Shown piece after piece: positions 48,826 to 61,343 of a stretch of 64,000 nucleotides of DNA. The stretch spans positions 41,354,001-41,418,000 of the forward strand of contig CM060734.1 of the NCBI GenBank assembly GCA_030704615.1, written 5' to 3'. The DNA comes from Takakia lepidozioides (taxonomy: Eukaryota; Plantae; Bryophyta). Made by a program: the position numbers and the translations under genes. A model generated the notes under the pieces. The model saw nothing but the letters and a program-made list of their open reading frames with translations, was not told the DNA's origin and did not search any database. Each line of letters opens with the position of its first letter. Position 1 is the stretch's first letter.

Positions 48826-51393
48826 ATGGCGGCATCAATTCAACGCTTTAGAGGGGGGCTTGCATTGCAAGGCTCCATCATTGATGATGCAGCCAATGAA
48901 TTTGGGCGAACCTTAAAAATTCGTAAGAATCCAAGCATGGCATACCACATTAGTGTGTTAAGCAAGGAAGAATACCGGTCTGTTGGGATGCGAGATGACG
49001 ACGTGCCAACAATTCCCATTGATCACTTGTATTTCGTCGGGCTAGGTGGTTGCAATCTCCTGTCAGATACAGCAGTTTACTGGGTTGTTTGCATCTGGGG
49101 TGCAGGTAACATTTGGAGGAAATCACGCGGTCTGCCAGTGAAGGATTTCCACATCACACTCACCAACAATGACATCCACAACGTCGCGAAATTTGCTTCC
49201 TCTCTTTTGGATTCAACGAAATTGATATCAGCTTTTCCTGATTTTGCACCGGAGAAGCAAAACCATGTTCTTCAACATGTTCATGCCATCCGGAGCGATC
49301 TCACATTGCCACTTGCTGTGGCTAGTGCAGTTGGGCAGTTAGGATCTGCAAGGCACTTTATTCGTTTGGGAGATGCGGCTGTTGCTGCAAATCCGAAGTT
49401 GTCCATGCTCTCGTACGCCCATGCACTTCGCCTGGATCCTTCATTGGAGGGGTACGTTGCTCGTCGGTTTCGTCACCTATCGACTCTGACCCACTTTGGG
49501 CCAGTGATGTTGGTGTCGGAACGAGAATCTATCCCTGCTGAGCTTGTTGACATCCTTGTTGGACCTTGGTGTGACGATGCCCGTCGGATTGGACATACTC
49601 TGATGCCTCTTGAGCCTCCCGGAGCAATTGTGGCAGAAGGTCGAGAGCGCTTGTGGTATGGATCGCATGAGCTGCCTCGATTTTTTTCTTGGATTGTTCC
49701 CTACTTCCTGGCTGGAATGTCGACACCACGCAGTGAGAAAGATATAGACGCACTTGCCGAGCTCGGCATTAACCGAATTCTGACACTGACACAAGAAGAG
49801 CCACTTCCGGTGTCATGGTTTGCGTACAAGACAATCCAGAACATTTTCATTCCGATTGCAAATTACAAGGCGCCCACGTTCAAAGAAGTGGACTATTTCA
49901 TCGACGCCATCAATGAGGAAGATACTTGTTGGTTGGTTCATTGCAGAGGAGGCAAAGGGAGAGCTGGGACGTTCCTCGCATGTTACATCGCACTCTATGG
50001 CTTTCAAAACCCGGATTCGCAAGCTCAAGAGCAACCCAAGCCTTGTTGTGATGCAGGAACTGTTATCAGATGGCTACGCACCATGAGACCAGGCTCAATT
50101 GAGAGCATGGAACAAGAGAAATTCATCTCAAAATGGATCAGATATCGGTGGAAGCAAAAGACCGAGGCATTGCCTGAGCCCACAGGTTCAGGGTTTAGTG
50201 TTGAAGGCCATGTTCCTGAGAATCCTCAACTTATCTTACTAGTCGGTCTCCCAGGAAGTGGAAAAAGCTGGTTTAGTTCTGCTCTACTGAAGCGGAAAGA
50301 GGGAGTAGTGGCTGTCATCTCACAAGATGACAGTGGTTCAAGGGCGCTATGTGAGACTGCCATCGGCCAGCGACAAGCTGGGAAATTGATGATCCTCGAC
50401 CGCTGCAACCCATCCAGGGAGGACCGCAAGAATTGGCTGGCGCTCGCCGACGTTGGCGAGAAAGCCCTGGCGGTGTACTTCGATGTCGACCATACTCTTT
50501 GCACTCAACGACTGGACCGACGTATCCAGCATCCGACTCTTCGAGCGGGCCGATCGTTTCACGCAGTAGAGCAGATGAAGAAACAAATGGAAATACCAAC
50601 ACTAGACGAAGGCTTGAATGCCGTCATCACCATTACCTCTTTCGAAGCATCCCGAGAAGTCATCAAATTACTTGGCGGAGTACCCCCACTGTTCAAATTT
50701 CCTCGGACCCAACACCTCATCAACTTGGGTGCGGCAACAGCGGACGACAAGGTTTGCGACAAAGGGTGCTTAGCTCGCTACGGGGCCACAGTGGTGATCG
50801 AAGAGAAGATTGATGGGGCAAATTTGGGCATCACTCTCGACCACAATGGCAATCTTCTGGTACAAAACAGGAGCCACATTGTCACCTCCCGATCACATGC
50901 ACAGTTCCGGCGCTTGTATATGTGGCTGGAACGACACTCGAAGGAGCTACATACAATATTGCACCGGGACGAACAGTTTCCTGAGAGATACATCCTGTTT
51001 GGAGAGTGGCTTGCTGCCACACATGCGATCCATTACGAGAAGCTGCCAGATTTGTTCTTGGTGTTTGATTTTTACGACCGTGTCTCGAATACATTCGCAT
51101 CAAGGGAGCATGTATCTCGGCTGCTGCAAGGTACCACAATCCATCAGGTACCTCTTATCCGAACTAGCTCAGAGGGGGTCACCGAGGAGGAGCTGAAGTC
51201 ATACATGAGCAGAACTTCGTCTTTTTATGATGGACCCATTGAAGGTGTCTATGTCCGGTTCGAGGATGCCGACAGAACATGCACGATTGAGCGCGGCAAG
51301 GTGGTGCGTGCGGGCTTCATCGCAGGTAACGAGCATTGGGCCAAGGGCATCATCAGAGAAAATGGTGTTGTGCACACCAAGGAGGTGGTATAA
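48826..51393 (+). CDS. Intronless multidomain RNA repair enzyme: 2H phosphoesterase + CX5R (PTP/DSP-fold) phosphatase + P-loop polynucleotide-kinase-like domain + ATP-dependent RNA ligase ('Swiss-army-knife' type)
   Basis: Uninterrupted 855-aa ORF. 2H motifs YHISV (48943) and FHITL (49147); HCRGGKGRAG (49939); GLPGSGKS (50245) with SQDD and ILDRCN; ligase KFPRTQHL, motif I EEKIDGAN (Lys at 50806), LFGEW, FLVFDFYD, IEGVYVR, RGKVV. Confidence 0.92.
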   Translation: MAASIQRFRGGLALQGSIIDDAANEFGRTLKIRKNPSMAYHISVLSKEEYRSVGMRDDDVPTIPIDHLYFVGLGGCNLLSDTAVYWVVCIWGAGNIWRKSRGLPVKDFHITLTNNDIHNVAKFASSLLDSTKLISAFPDFAPEKQNHVLQHVHAIRSDLTLPLAVASAVGQLGSARHFIRLGDAAVAANPKLSMLSYAHALRLDPSLEGYVARRFRHLSTLTHFGPVMLVSERESIPAELVDILVGPWCDDARRIGHTLMPLEPPGAIVAEGRERLWYGSHELPRFFSWIVPYFLAGMSTPRSEKDIDALAELGINRILTLTQEEPLPVSWFAYKTIQNIFIPIANYKAPTFKEVDYFIDAINEEDTCWLVHCRGGKGRAGTFLACYIALYGFQNPDSQAQEQPKPCCDAGTVIRWLRTMRPGSIESMEQEKFISKWIRYRWKQKTEALPEPTGSGFSVEGHVPENPQLILLVGLPGSGKSWFSSALLKRKEGVVAVISQDDSGSRALCETAIGQRQAGKLMILDRCNPSREDRKNWLALADVGEKALAVYFDVDHTLCTQRLDRRIQHPTLRAGRSFHAVEQMKKQMEIPTLDEGLNAVITITSFEASREVIKLLGGVPPLFKFPRTQHLINLGAATADDKVCDKGCLARYGATVVIEEKIDGANLGITLDHNGNLLVQNRSHIVTSRSHAQFRRLYMWLERHSKELHTILHRDEQFPERYILFGEWLAATHAIHYEKLPDLFLVFDFYDRVSNTFASREHVSRLLQGTTIHQVPLIRTSSEGVTEEELKSYMSRTSSFYDGPIEGVYVRFEDADRTCTIERGKVVRAGFIAGNEHWAKGIIRENGVVHTKEVV

Positions 51394-54300
51394 TTCATGG
51401 GATGAACGCAAATTTCACAGCAGGGGTGACAATCGACGAGAGAATCCTTCAGCCAGAGGGCATCATCGAGCTAGTGTGAGTTTTGACACTTGAATCTGCA
51501 GTGCAAATCCTATGCCTGTGACATGGGGGCAAGCAGGTGTTTATCAAACAAGGAACAACAAATCCAATACACACCTGAAAATTGTAAGGAATTTCAGAGC
51601 AGCGTCTGGTGGGGATTGACACCCATGAGGTACAGCAACCCCTACTAATAAGTCAGGACCAAATCCAGACATCCTTGGGTCAGCTCTGATCTGCCACAAG
51701 CATGCCTGTTGCTGGAGGTCATCCTTTTGTTCCATGTGAAGAAGGAAAAATCTGAGAACATAATAGCATTCTCTTTGTTGGCGATGGTGACGTGCATTAT
51801 TGTGGGAATGCTGGCTCAGAAATAGGGAGAGTAGGACCCCTACACAGAAGGGTAGTCTGGAAACACATTGGAAATGACTAGAAAAACTAGCAATTAAATA
51901 TTTGAAGAAAAAAGTTCTTTCTGGGAGTAGACATTGGTTGAGCAGCATTGACAAAATGTGATGCCACCACTCATTAAACTATAATTGTTGGCAAATTTTG
52001 GCAGTGACCTGATTTTGGGCTGCAGGATGCCTATTACACTCCGGTGGACTCCATATAAAGAAGGCACTTCTCAAAAATTGATGTGTACAAAAGCCACATG
52101 AGAACTATGAACTACATCATCCAGATTGGCCGTGGCCCCTACCTATGCCTTCTTTGAGTTTGGTCTCTTTTTCTGTCCAGCTTTTGGTGCAGGTTTACTC
52201 GCTGGTGCTGGAGTTGGAGGGGGAAGGGTGGCAGTGAGGTGCTGCTGAATGGCAGCAAATGGGTTCGACTTAAACTGTGGGTGAGCAAGGACTGCTGCCA
52301 GCTGCTTAGTCTCCTTCTCACTACAGAAGGCACATTAAAATGATCAGTTCTGACTTGCCAAAAGAACTATCACAAATTGAAATCAATTTGGCTCCAGACC
52401 ACAAAAACAAATGTGGACACTTTCATGACATGGCTAAGGCAATATAATGCCTAATTGTTGTCGACATTTGAAGGCATCAAGCTCCCGCACTTCAGTAATC
52501 TGCTTAGAATTTGATTTCAATGAGTTCAGTGTCCCACTTGGATATGTTAGGACAAATGCGTATTCAGCTGACTGCGCTATTGCACAGCTATGGATTTCTC
52601 TGCACATGGAGAATGGGTTTAGGCTCATACACTGTATGATATACATCTCCATTTCATGCAAAATAATGTAATCTGCTCACACTTGAGGGATCAACCTGGT
52701 AACAGGGAACTTACACTATTTTTTGCTTTGCTTTGCTTCGAAGGATTTTAGTGGCTGGAGCAGCAGTTGGAGTGCCAAGTGTGGGCAAAAACTCCGCAAG
52801 AGATGAGAGATCATTGAGTGTTTTGCCAGACTGTGATCTCCGTCTCTTCTGCAATTTTCAATTGCAAAACATCTCATTTGAGGAAGTATAGCATCAATCA
52901 GTACAACATTTGATTTTCTAGGGTTCACATAAGGAATCCCGCTTGAAAGTACTCCCTGGGGATATGACTTCTACTCAACAGTGAGTCATACTTGTGTAGT
53001 GTAAAAGAGTGATGAGTCTAGAAAAGCAGATGCAGGATTATGATTGACACCAATCTTTTAATCATGTGTTTATCCAGCTATTCTCTGACTGAGAAACAGA
53101 TTGCAAAAGGTCAAAAACTTGGGAAAAAAATTCATGAATGTTTGAGAATAAACCTTTGAGATGGTTTTCTTGGCAGATAGCACTCGTTGTGTCTCTTGCA
53201 ACTCTGCAAAGAACACAAAAAGGCAACACATAAGTGGATATCGCTATACATGCAAAGACAAAGGCCACAGGTGCCAGATGCCAGTAGAAGTCTAAACTTC
53301 TGTAGAAATCTACAAGAGCTCCTAAATGGGTGCAGCCAGGACTTTCTAAGGGACACATATTTGGGAAGAACCATGGGAAAAATGAGAGGAGATGGATAAA
53401 AAAATTTACTTAACAGGAAGCGAAGCTGCTTAGCCATTTTTCTCTTCACACTTGCACGCTCCACAGACTTTGACACCCCTTGTTCTTCACCATCCCATTG
53501 ACTGACACAAATCCACATGTAAAAGATGTAAGAAATATAGTCTTCTCATATTGCCAGCCTAAACACAAGAATCTGTACCTTAAAAACTGGAGAAGTCCTT
53601 TTCATTCAAGAACATTCTATCACACCCATTTCTTGGTAAATCTCCCCATATTATTCTTGATGTTAGTCACGGATGTGTACGACTACAAAGAATGTGCACT
53701 TAATGTAGAAACCTAAAACCCAATGTCATCTGATGCACAAAGTACAAGTACAAAATCGAGACGAGATTCCTTTAAAAGAATTATCCAGGTTACCCTGCAA
53801 TCGCAATTGCAACTAGTGGTTGAGTCGGAACACACCTTGTTGTATCATCTTGTGTCATGGGTTCCGCGTCTCCCTGCAACCACACCAACACCAGGGCTTC
53901 AGGAAAGAGGGGCATTCGTGGAACACTAAAATTCACTAACCTTTGTTTTTTCCTGAAATGACGAAACCAGGGTGTACAAGACATTCCATGTGATAAAAGA
54001 AAATTCATGCGGAGACATCACCTTAGCGGATGTTTCATTTTTCGTCGCTTTCTCCCGAACTTTCTGTCGGGCTGTCTTTTTCTTCACCGCTGTCCCATTC
54101 CATTCGCTGTGTCCTCACTTTATCATATTCTCAAATGCAACTAGCTGCCATTCCTTTCTATAGTCCGCATAACTATTTACTAATCTCTAGGGCGCGCACA
54201 AGGTAATTTTTCCCACAATATGGCTGTCCAGTATTCAGACTGTAAATACTAACAAACTCTGTACTAGCACGTTATCTGTGGCTACTCAATCTTGTGCTGA

Positions 54301-54899
54301 TAGTGTTCAGTCCTCCATTCAATTTCTCACCGAACATGTAACCACACCGACCTTTCTAGTACAGCCCCAGCAATTACTTACAATTTGTATACACTCAAAA
54401 GCCCATGCCTTTGCTCTCCGGGGCTGGGATGGGTGGACCACTGTCATGTGCAGGATGTGTTGGTCAACTTACAGTGATTGTGAAACCTCCCTACAAGCTC
54501 GTTCTCAGAATTCTCCCCAAATTGCAAAGTATATACATGGCCTCTCGACAGGCCAAACCATTTGCTTTCACAGCCACCACTCTATCCCTGAAAAGTCATA
54601 CTGCAGATCCAGACATGGTGGACTTATTTTGTGAGAATGATATACTTGCTAAGCTGGATTTTAGGCCGACTGTTCCTGAGTCTCATGAAGGACGGGCATA
54701 TCGGTCACCCAACACCAGCAAACATGCCACCTTTCATGCATCACCTCAACAAGACAAACCACCAAGGGAAGTGCCCTCATGCTGAATGCCTATTTTGCTG
54801 CCCACCTCTATGACTCAAGCGGCGCTTATACCTCTGCTATCATTACTTTCCTTGTTGTTGATACTGTAAATTCTTACAATCCACCTTTTCAACAGTACT

Positions 54900-55200
54900 C
54901 AAAAGACATTTCAGGTCCCCATCTTGAGTCCTAATTGTTGCACATTATATTATGTCCCACACTATATGCCCTATGCAGTGCAGACCCGGACTTTTCTCAC
55001 GCTGCCAATCCTGACTGGTTCCCAACAGCGCCTAAACCGCAACAAATTCGCTGCCATGACTGTAGATCTCAATCTCAACAAGAACTGGTGCAATCAACTC
55101 ATTCCTGGCCAGTCATCTCCAACTCAAATTCGCTACCGAGAGATGTCCAGAAATGCTCGACTATCCCTTAGACCTTCGAAAGGAACAATGACAAATCGAG
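54900..55200 (+). mobile_element. Possible degenerate L1-type ORF1 remnant
   Basis: MTVDLNLNKNW...IPGQSSPTQIRYREM resembles the segment preceding the zinc knuckle of plant LINE ORF1; weak. Confidence 0.25.
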
Positions 55201-56124
55201 GCTTCAAGACCTCAAGAATCCTATTAGGGTGTGGCCACAAAATAAAACACAGGGTTGCTGGGTTGATAATCCTGTATCTTGGCACTCGGACACATCTTGG
55301 CATCCGGATGATGATGATTTGAATCGCAATCTCAGCCCCTCAACCGACCGTAGAGAAATTTCACAATCTCCCACGGACCTTTGCCAACAAAAGTATAGAG
55401 AATTTTTCACAACGATCTACTATCCCTTGCTCGACGGAACTCACAGCAAAGCTGCTTGACTAGCCTCCTCAGTTCTTCCTTCACTTCTAGCGCTGCTGGA
55501 ACTGCAACATGAGCACCAGCACTCCCCTCACCCTCAATCCTTCCATGCGATTGTAGGCACGCCCAAGCACACCACTATCCCCCGCCCCCGTGCTGCAAAA
55601 TGTCATCATATGTTTATAAATTCACCTCACTTCGTTTCTGGGACGTATACAAAACGAACTGGTAGGATTTTGAGCGGAGCCCAAAATGCTGAAAGATATT
55701 CGCTGCCTATGAACCTCACTGCACTAACTTGAGACTACATTTGTGCTCCCATACACTACTTCTGTTCCTCATTCTTTGTTGTGGGTTTGTGCGATAAACA
55801 TGAACGCAATTGCTGTGATGTCTGAGACAATCTCGCACCTGCAATATAATTTTCCATACACTCTCTACAAAGTGTATGGCTCAGCCTGTTTTAGCTATAA
55901 ACAAACATGGGGGGCCTGGTGGACCCGCTTGGCGCCAGCGTGGCGTAGAGAACGTGGGGCAGCGGGCAGGCGGGCAGGTGGGAGGGGAGGGGGGGCAGCC
56001 CGGGCAGCCCGGGGAGTATCCCCTCAGTGTGTGTGGCATAGTTCTTAGGCTCGCCCGACAAGAGCTAAACCCTCTCTTCGCTTTCTCTCTTCGGGGCTAG
56101 GGTTTCTCAGATCCTTGCCCTGCG

Positions 56125-59100
56125 ATGGCGGAGGCTCGGAACGGTGAGTCCAAAGGCGTTGGAGGGAGTGGTTCCGGAGGAGTTCAGATTAGTCTAGAAC
56201 TGTATGGTAAGAGGCTGAAGGCATTGTATGGGAACTGGAAAGAGCACAAAAAGGAGGTATGGGGGGGTGCGGATGCGCTTGCTGTAGTCACCCCTCCATC
56301 GTCGGAGGACCTCCGCTACCTGAAATCTTCAGCATTGCATCTTTGGTTTCTGGGTTACGAGTTTCCTGAGACAGTCATGGTGTTCGTGCCTGGAGCGCTG
56401 CACATTCTGTGTAGCCAGAAGAAGGCCAACCATCTTGACGGGGTCCAGAAGTCGTCCAAGATTCTTACAGGAGTGGACATCATCCTCTACATCAAGGAGC
56501 GGAAAGATGATGGCGGAAAACATATGCAAACAATTTTGGATGTTGTGCAAGCCCAAAGTAAATCCAAACCCGCGACAATTGGGGTGCTGTCCCGAGAGGC
56601 TCCGGAGGGTGCTCTCATGGAGAAGTGGTCTGAATGCCTTAGTGATGCAGGTGCTTCTACAGTGGATATATCCGGTGGATTTTCTGAGATTTTTGCCATC
56701 AAGGACGAGGTAAGTAAGAGGCTGCAAAAAGAATCTGCTTTCAGTTTGTATTGCTAGATTTTTTAGCCACCATGACTCGCACTTAGGGTTTAAAGATGGA
56801 CACTGGTCGTCAGATTTAGGGCAATGACCATAAAGGCTACTATGGGGGGTTTGAGTATTTTCAGAGACTGAATACATTTTTCCCGGGCCGTCCTCTCTAT
56901 CTCTCTCTCTCTTCTCTTCCCCTGAGGAAGGAAATCTAGCAGACAGTTTTACCTTCACCCTGCTTGAAGAATGGGCGTACAGAATTGACTTAAAATCAGA
57001 TGTAGTGCGAAGGTGTTTGTATCAAGATTTGTGTTTCATTGAACATGTGTCCCTGCAGTTCTTGACGCCTCACAGGTGGACTACTTAGGGCTTCTGTAGT
57101 TGAGACAAAATAGGCTTTGGATACCAACATGATCGACAAGTTTGGAAAGCTCCAGAAACCCTAGATTGCCATAAGTTACTATATATTGGTCTTGGGAGGG
57201 GCGCACTTTCTAAATACTAAAACTACCTCAATTGTGGCCTAACTGGTGACAGGAGGAGGCCACCAACATCAGGAACGCATCATATTTGACTGCTGCAGTG
57301 CTGAAGAATTATGTTGTGCCAAAGCTGGAAGTGGTAATTGATGAGGAGAAGGTGATTACACATTCAGAGCTGATGGAGAGTACTGAGGATGTGATACTGA
57401 ACCCAACTAAAGCCCTCGTAAAATATAAGCCTGAGGACGTGGACATTTGTTACCCCCCCGTGTTTCAAAGTGGGGGTGTGTTTGACCTCAGGGCTAGTGC
57501 AGTGAGCAATGATGACCCTCTCTATTTTGATGCAATGGGAGTAATTATTTGTGCAATTGGTGCACGATACCATTCCTATTGCTCCAACATAGCGAGAACA
57601 ATCATGATTGATGCTGATAAAGTCCAAGAAAAGGCATACAAAACTCTCTTGAAGGCCCATGAAGCTGCTATAGCTGCACTGCGTCCTGGCAATCCAATGT
57701 CTGCAGTGTACAAAGCCGCGCTTGCTGTTGTGGAGGCCAATGGACCCGAGTTTTCTCCTCATTTCACCAAGAGTGCTGGGACAGGCATTGGCCTTGAGTT
57801 TCGAGAGTCTGGTCTGACATTGAATGCTAAGAATGAACGGCAGCTTAGGGCAGGCATGGTTTTCAATCTTTCAGTAGGGTTTCAAAACTTGACAACAGAA
57901 TCCGAGAATCCTAAGTCAGTGAACTTCTCACTGTTACTGGCGGACACAGTGATTTTGACCGAAAAAGGCCCTGAGGTTTCCACGTCACGGTGCTCGAAAG
58001 CCTTCACAGATGTAGCGTACTCGTTCAAGGATGGAGAAGAAGAAGATGTCAAGGAAGAACGGAAGCCAAAGCAAAATGTGGAGCCTAATGGGTCTGCAGA
58101 GCCTGCTTTCCGAATGGCAACCTTGCGATCAGACAATCAAGAGATGACAAAAGAGGAGGTACTGTGAGATTGGCTTTGTGGAGGGGTGGACTGATGGCTT
58201 CGAGAATACGTCTTAGAAATAAAATAGGAATGATGGCTTGGAGAACACTCTATTTTTCTCTTTAGTCTACATAAGCCATTGTCAAGAGCCTAGTTTCCTT
58301 CTCTCCTCCTTCCCTATAGAAGTCATTTCTTTTGCTTGACTTTCCTCTCTTGCTTGACTTTCCTCTTTTGCTGATGCATATGTTACCATGAGGCAGGTTC
58401 GACGACAGCATCAAGCAGAGTTAGCCAGGCAGAAGAACCAAGAAACAGCCAGAAGACTGGCAGCAGGAGGGCTGGGGAATGGAGATGGTCAGGGCTCCGT
58501 TAGAGCAACGGGGGACATTGTGGCATATCGAAATGTTGATGACATCCCATCCCGGGAGCTCATGATTCAGGTAACTAAGAGTGACTTAGGTTTTTCCCTG
58601 AGTTTATGCTAACTCCATTTTGTATCCTTCACTCAATTGAACTGCTTAATAGTCCCTTCAGCTTCAGAAAGGATGTTGGATGTAATGTTTTTTTAATTCT
58701 TCCAGAACATGTGTAGTTGATCTTCTAATGTCTTCCTTTTGGGCTGTCCTTGTGGAAAATTGACAAAGTAGAAAAGCTTTGTCTTATGGTTCCTCAAGTC
58801 ACAGTACCCCTGGTCTGTTGCAGGTTGATCAGAAGAATGAAGCAGTATTGTTGCCAATCTATGGTTTGCTCGTCCCTTTCCACATTGCCACCATAAAGAG
58901 TGTTTCAAGTCAACAAGATGGCGGCCATTCCTACATTCGCATCATCTTCAATGTGCCAGGGGCAGGCTTCGGGGTTAATGATACCCCTTCACTAAAGTTC
59001 CCTCGTTCTATTTATGTGAAGGAAGTCTCCTTTCGGTCAAACGACACCCGTCACTCTAACCAGGTAGTGCAGCTCATCAAGACCCTGCGTCGACAGGTGG

Positions 59101-61343
59101 CACAGCGAGAGTCAGAGAGGGCAGAGAGGGCTACACTTGTTACGCAAGAGAAGCTGCAGACAGGGAAGGGAAGGCCAGTCAGGTATGCTCCTCCCTCTCT
59201 CCTTTCGTGGGGGGATGTGTGTATGGCATTGATCAAGCTGTAAAATTTCAATATGTGCTGGAAGTTTCAGGATGAGCTCAGTATAGTGCTGTGTATATGG
59301 TACTGTCTATATGAGTTGGCGGTGGTTTGGAATACTCCACTTTCAACTTCGTGGAATTCCTTTCATTCAGGGTATCTCATACCATGAATTGTACAATGTA
59401 CTAGTGTACTTCAAATATATTTCAATCTGCTTGCAGGTTGTCAGATCTTTGGATTCGGCCTCCTTTTGGTGGGCGGGGGAGGAAGATGAGTGGGACATTG
59501 GAGGCCCACACGAATGGGTTTCGCTATTCAACTATGAGACAAGAAGAGAAAGTGGACATTATGTTCCGTAATATAAAGCATGCCTTCTTTCAGCCAGCAG
59601 AGAAAGAAATGATCACGCTGCTCCACTTCCATTTGCATAATTTCATCATGGTCGGCACCAAGAAGACCAAGGATGTTCAATTTTATGTTGAGGTACATTC
59701 TTAAAGACCCCATGGAGCTTCGAGTGCTATTTTTGGTCCAATTGAGATGCTTGTCCTCAACAGGGAATTACAACGAAATGGGACAGCCCCATTCTGACAA
59801 GTTTTGTGTGCTGTGTGATGAACCTAGGTGATGGAGGTGGTTCAAACCCTGGGTGGGAATAGGCGGTTGATGGGTGACCCTGACGAAATTCAGGAAGAAC
59901 AGCAAGAGAGGGAGAGGCGCAACAAAATAAACAAAGAATTTGACGGTTTTGTAAGGAGGATGGTTGAGCTGTGGGACCAACCCCCATGGCGAGAGCTAGA
60001 CCTTGAATTTGATGTCCCTTTTCGAGAACTGGGATTCCACGGAGTGCCCAACAAATCAGCGGCCTTCATTGTGCCTACTGTGAACTGCCTAGTTGAGCTT
60101 GTGGAAACACCTTTTCTTGTTGTGAGCTTGAACGACATTGAGATAGTGAACCTTGAAAGAGTTGGACTGGGCCAGAAGGCTTTTGACATGGCAATTGTCT
60201 TCAAGGATTTTAAGCGTGACGTGCTTCGGATTGATGCCATTCCATCAACATCACTCGATGGCATCAAAGAGTGGCTGAATTCAATGAATATCAAGTACTA
60301 TGAGAGCAGGATGAACTTGAACTGGCGACCAATTCTCAAGACAATTCTTGAGGTTTACTCTCTGATCCCTTCTGTTGGCGTGTTGGACATTGCTTGTTTG
60401 ACCTTGCTGTACCTTCATGGATTTCAACTAAGAATATAAATTGGGATGTCGTGTGAAGAGAGTGAGGAACATTACCTTGATCTCACGAGAAAGAAGTAGG
60501 AATCACAGTGTTTACCTACTCTGGCTGTTGGTTTGGCAGGACCCTCCAAAATTCATAGAGGATGGTGGCTGGGAGTTTCTCAACATGGAGGCCAGTGACT
60601 CTGACTCGGAGAAATCGGAAGAATCTGATGAAGGTTACGAACCTTCGGACGTCGATGTGGTGTCTGAGTCTGAGGATGATGATTCTGACGACGAATCAGT
60701 TGTGGAGTCGGAGGAGGAAGAGGTAAAGTTGTGTTTTCGCTTTTGATAGAAATACCCTAATTTCGTGCTGTACCTTGTGGGGCACATATCCTGGAATCTG
60801 AATGGCCATTGGTTGATATGGTGAACTAAGATAGCAATGGGTGAGACTTGGGAATATTGGCACTAGAGTTGGGATCAGAGTCCGCCTATCCTACTTACTA
60901 CACTTGTGTGGGCTGGACTTAGAGCCAGCAGGTCATGTCTCAGCCCTTGTAATCAAAACCAACCCCCTCCAATATCGAGATTATTTTTTGAAAGGTATGT
61001 GATGTGGTGACGAGCTTTCTGCTCAGGTGTCCCCCTGGATTCATTGCAAGAATAATTCCGTAGACTGTTGTGTAAATCAGAATTGCAGGTGTATTCTGAC
61101 GCGCGTTGTTTGGTGTCACATCTTAACCTGCTCTTATAGGAGGATGAGGAGGAAGAGGATGAAGAAGGCCTGACTTGGGACCAGTTGGAAGCAAATGCCC
61201 AGAGAGAAGACAGGGAGAAAGGGGACGAGGATGACAGTGAGGATGAGCGTCGGCGCCGAAAGGCAAAGGTTGCAGGGAAGGGACGGGCACTGGATACAAG
61301 GGATTCCAGAGGCATGCCTAACAAAAGGCCAAAAGTTAGGTGA
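56125..61343 (+). CDS. SPT16: FACT complex subunit SPT16
   Basis: SEDLRYLKSSALHLWFLGYEFPET; DICYPPVFQSGG; GTGIGLEFRE; RRQHQAELARQKN; VPFHIATIKSVS; LEAHTNGFRY; FIVPTVNCLVEL; FIEDGGWEFLN; acidic tail; ends KRPKVR* at 61343. Telo-box-like motifs lie upstream (~56067, ~56098). Confidence 0.97.

Noticed and set aside
48826-51393. Interpreting the ORF as the standard plant tRNA ligase or as bacterial contamination
   Set aside because: Domain order and the CX5R domain differ from plant tRNA ligase. The flanks are plant-like repeats with no operon structure, though read-level confirmation is still needed.
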